64,000 bases of DNA, taken from contig CM052817.1 of assembly GCA_028534125.1 (NCBI GenBank), positions 50,284,001-50,348,000 of the forward strand, written 5' to 3'. Source of the DNA: Lama glama (lineage: Eukaryota). The notes beneath the pieces were generated by a model that was given only the letters and a program-made list of their open reading frames with translations, was not told the origin of the DNA and did no database searches. Below are positions 62,630 to 64,000 of this stretch, one piece after another (position 1 is the stretch's first letter; every line of letters begins with the position of its first letter). Made by a program: the position numbers and the translations under genes.

Positions 62630-63200
62630 CAACATGTCGTTCCATTTTGCAGAACCCCGAGATGTCTCTCCAAGTTACACATAGTTAATGCCAACACTTT
62701 ACAATGGCTTTCAAGGTCTTACATGACATGACCCTTCAGCTCTAGATTTTTCTCTCTTGCTCACTCTGCTCCAACCCCATTGGCCACTCTGCTATTTCTA
62801 AAATTCACCAGGCACAGGACAGCCTTAAAGATTTTGCTCTATCTGTTCTCTCTGCTTGGACTGTTCTATCCCCAGATATCTGCTTAGCTAACAACCTCAT
62901 TTTCTTTGAGTGTCTGCTCAAATTTTACATTTTCAGTGAGGCCTACCCAGACTACCCTATTTATTCATGTAAATTACTCCCTTTTACCCACTTCCTACTT
63001 TCTTATCCTGTTGTGATAATTATTGGCACTTAAACTAATATGCTATGTAATTTAACTTTAAAAATTGATTGCCTATTGTTTGTTTTTCTCCTTAGAAAAT
63101 AAACTCCAGGAGAGAAAGAATCTCTACTTTATTCACAAATGCATAGGACTAGGCCTGGCACATAGTAGGCGCTTGATAAATATTTATTGAAGGAAGAAAA
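62630..63200 (+). mobile_element. L2a 3' end
   Basis: ttgctcactctgctcca...ccccagatatctgc...cagtgaggcctaccc...gcctggcacatagtaggcgcttgataaatatttattgaa. Confidence 0.88.
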
Positions 63201-63635
63201 GAATGCTGTTTTTACTCCTGTTTTATAACATAACATCTGACACTAGCGAACTCTTTAATACATTTTTGTTGAATGAATAGTCGTTGAATAAGCATTCTGT
63301 TTCATATTCTAGAATGTGCTGAGGATCAGAGGGTAGAAGGAAGGAACGGGAAGGAGGCAGAGACAGATGAACCTTTTTTGCTTTCTGCCAGATGAGATGG
63401 TTGGCCCGCAGGTCCCCAGTTTCCCCCCAGCAGTAATGATCATCTCTTCTCTCATCGATGATCCTTACAGCAGGATCTATACTATACAGCTTCAGAATCA
63501 ACAAGTATATCATAAATGACAGTTTGGAGAACTATAACCTAACTAATGATGCAGGAACAATCAGTCTACAAGTCCTAATAGGAAAATATAACATGAAGAA
63601 TTAGGCTTGCAGTCTGACTTACAGATAAAGTCTTC

Positions 63636-64000
63636 TGCCGTGGGCTGATTTGTGACCACCTCCTCCCCACCTTGCCCAATCATATGTTGAAGCCCTAGCT
63701 TCCAGTGTGACTATTTAGAGATAGGGCCTGTGAGGCAGTGATAAAGATTTGAGGTCAAATAAGATAAAAATGATGGGGTTCTAATATGATATGATTAGTG
63801 TCCTTGTGAGAAGAGATAAGTAGAGTGCACTCCCCACCCCACCCCCTTCTGCCATGTGACAACACAGGGAGAGGGCAGCTGTCTGCAAGCCGGGAAGAGT
63901 TCTCATCAGGAACTTAAGCAGGTCACACCTTGGTCTTGAGCTTTCCAGCCTCCAGAACTGTGAGAAAATAAATGTCTGTTGTTTAAGCCACTCTGTCTGT
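63636..64000 (+). mobile_element. MLT1A-like MaLR LTR, runs off the window end
   Basis: tcatatgttgaagcccta...gattagtgtccttgtgagaagaga...gctgtctgcaagccgggaagag...ccagcctccagaactgtgagaaaataaatgtctgttgtttaagcca. Confidence 0.9.

Noticed and set aside
63223..63513. 96-aa minus ORF and a + strand acceptor-like ttttttgctttctgccag near 63391
   Set aside because: No recognisable protein in either reading and no convincing partner splice site.
1..64000. CRISPR arrays, tRNA/rRNA/snRNA genes, operon-like or viral coding systems
   Set aside because: None seen; no regularly spaced repeat-spacer structure, and the LTRs are solo with no gag/pol.

Overview
AT-rich placental-mammal genomic DNA, intronic or intergenic. 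I recognise no protein-coding exon, RNA gene or CRISPR array. The supplied ORFs are mostly antisense L1 remnants or chance ORFs. By my rough tally about 40-45% is interspersed repeat: L1 of several ages, L2, L3/CR1, MIR, ERVL/MaLR solo LTRs and hAT MITEs. Family names come from my memory of consensus sequences and need Dfam/RepeatMasker confirmation; repeat boundaries are approximate. The youngest L1 3' ends look cetartiodactyl. I see no Bov-tA/BovB, PRE-1, CHR or Alu SINEs, so a camelid genome is my best inference. Most unusual: a ~1.4-kb GC/CpG-rich block (24718-26104) made of ~1.5 diverged copies of an unrecognised ~0.9-kb unit, lodged among old L1s and carrying CpG-island promoter motifs (TCTCGCGAGA, NRF1-like, ETS, YY1-like, CCAAT) plus splice donors. 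Also notable: a 50-bp TSD-flanked insertion resembling a retrocopied mRNA 3' end (27947-27996), a TSD-flanked solo poly(A) insertion (34751-34792) and a PBX-HOX/MEIS motif cluster in unique sequence (~54100-54315). None of these demonstrates a new biological system; they are leads to test.
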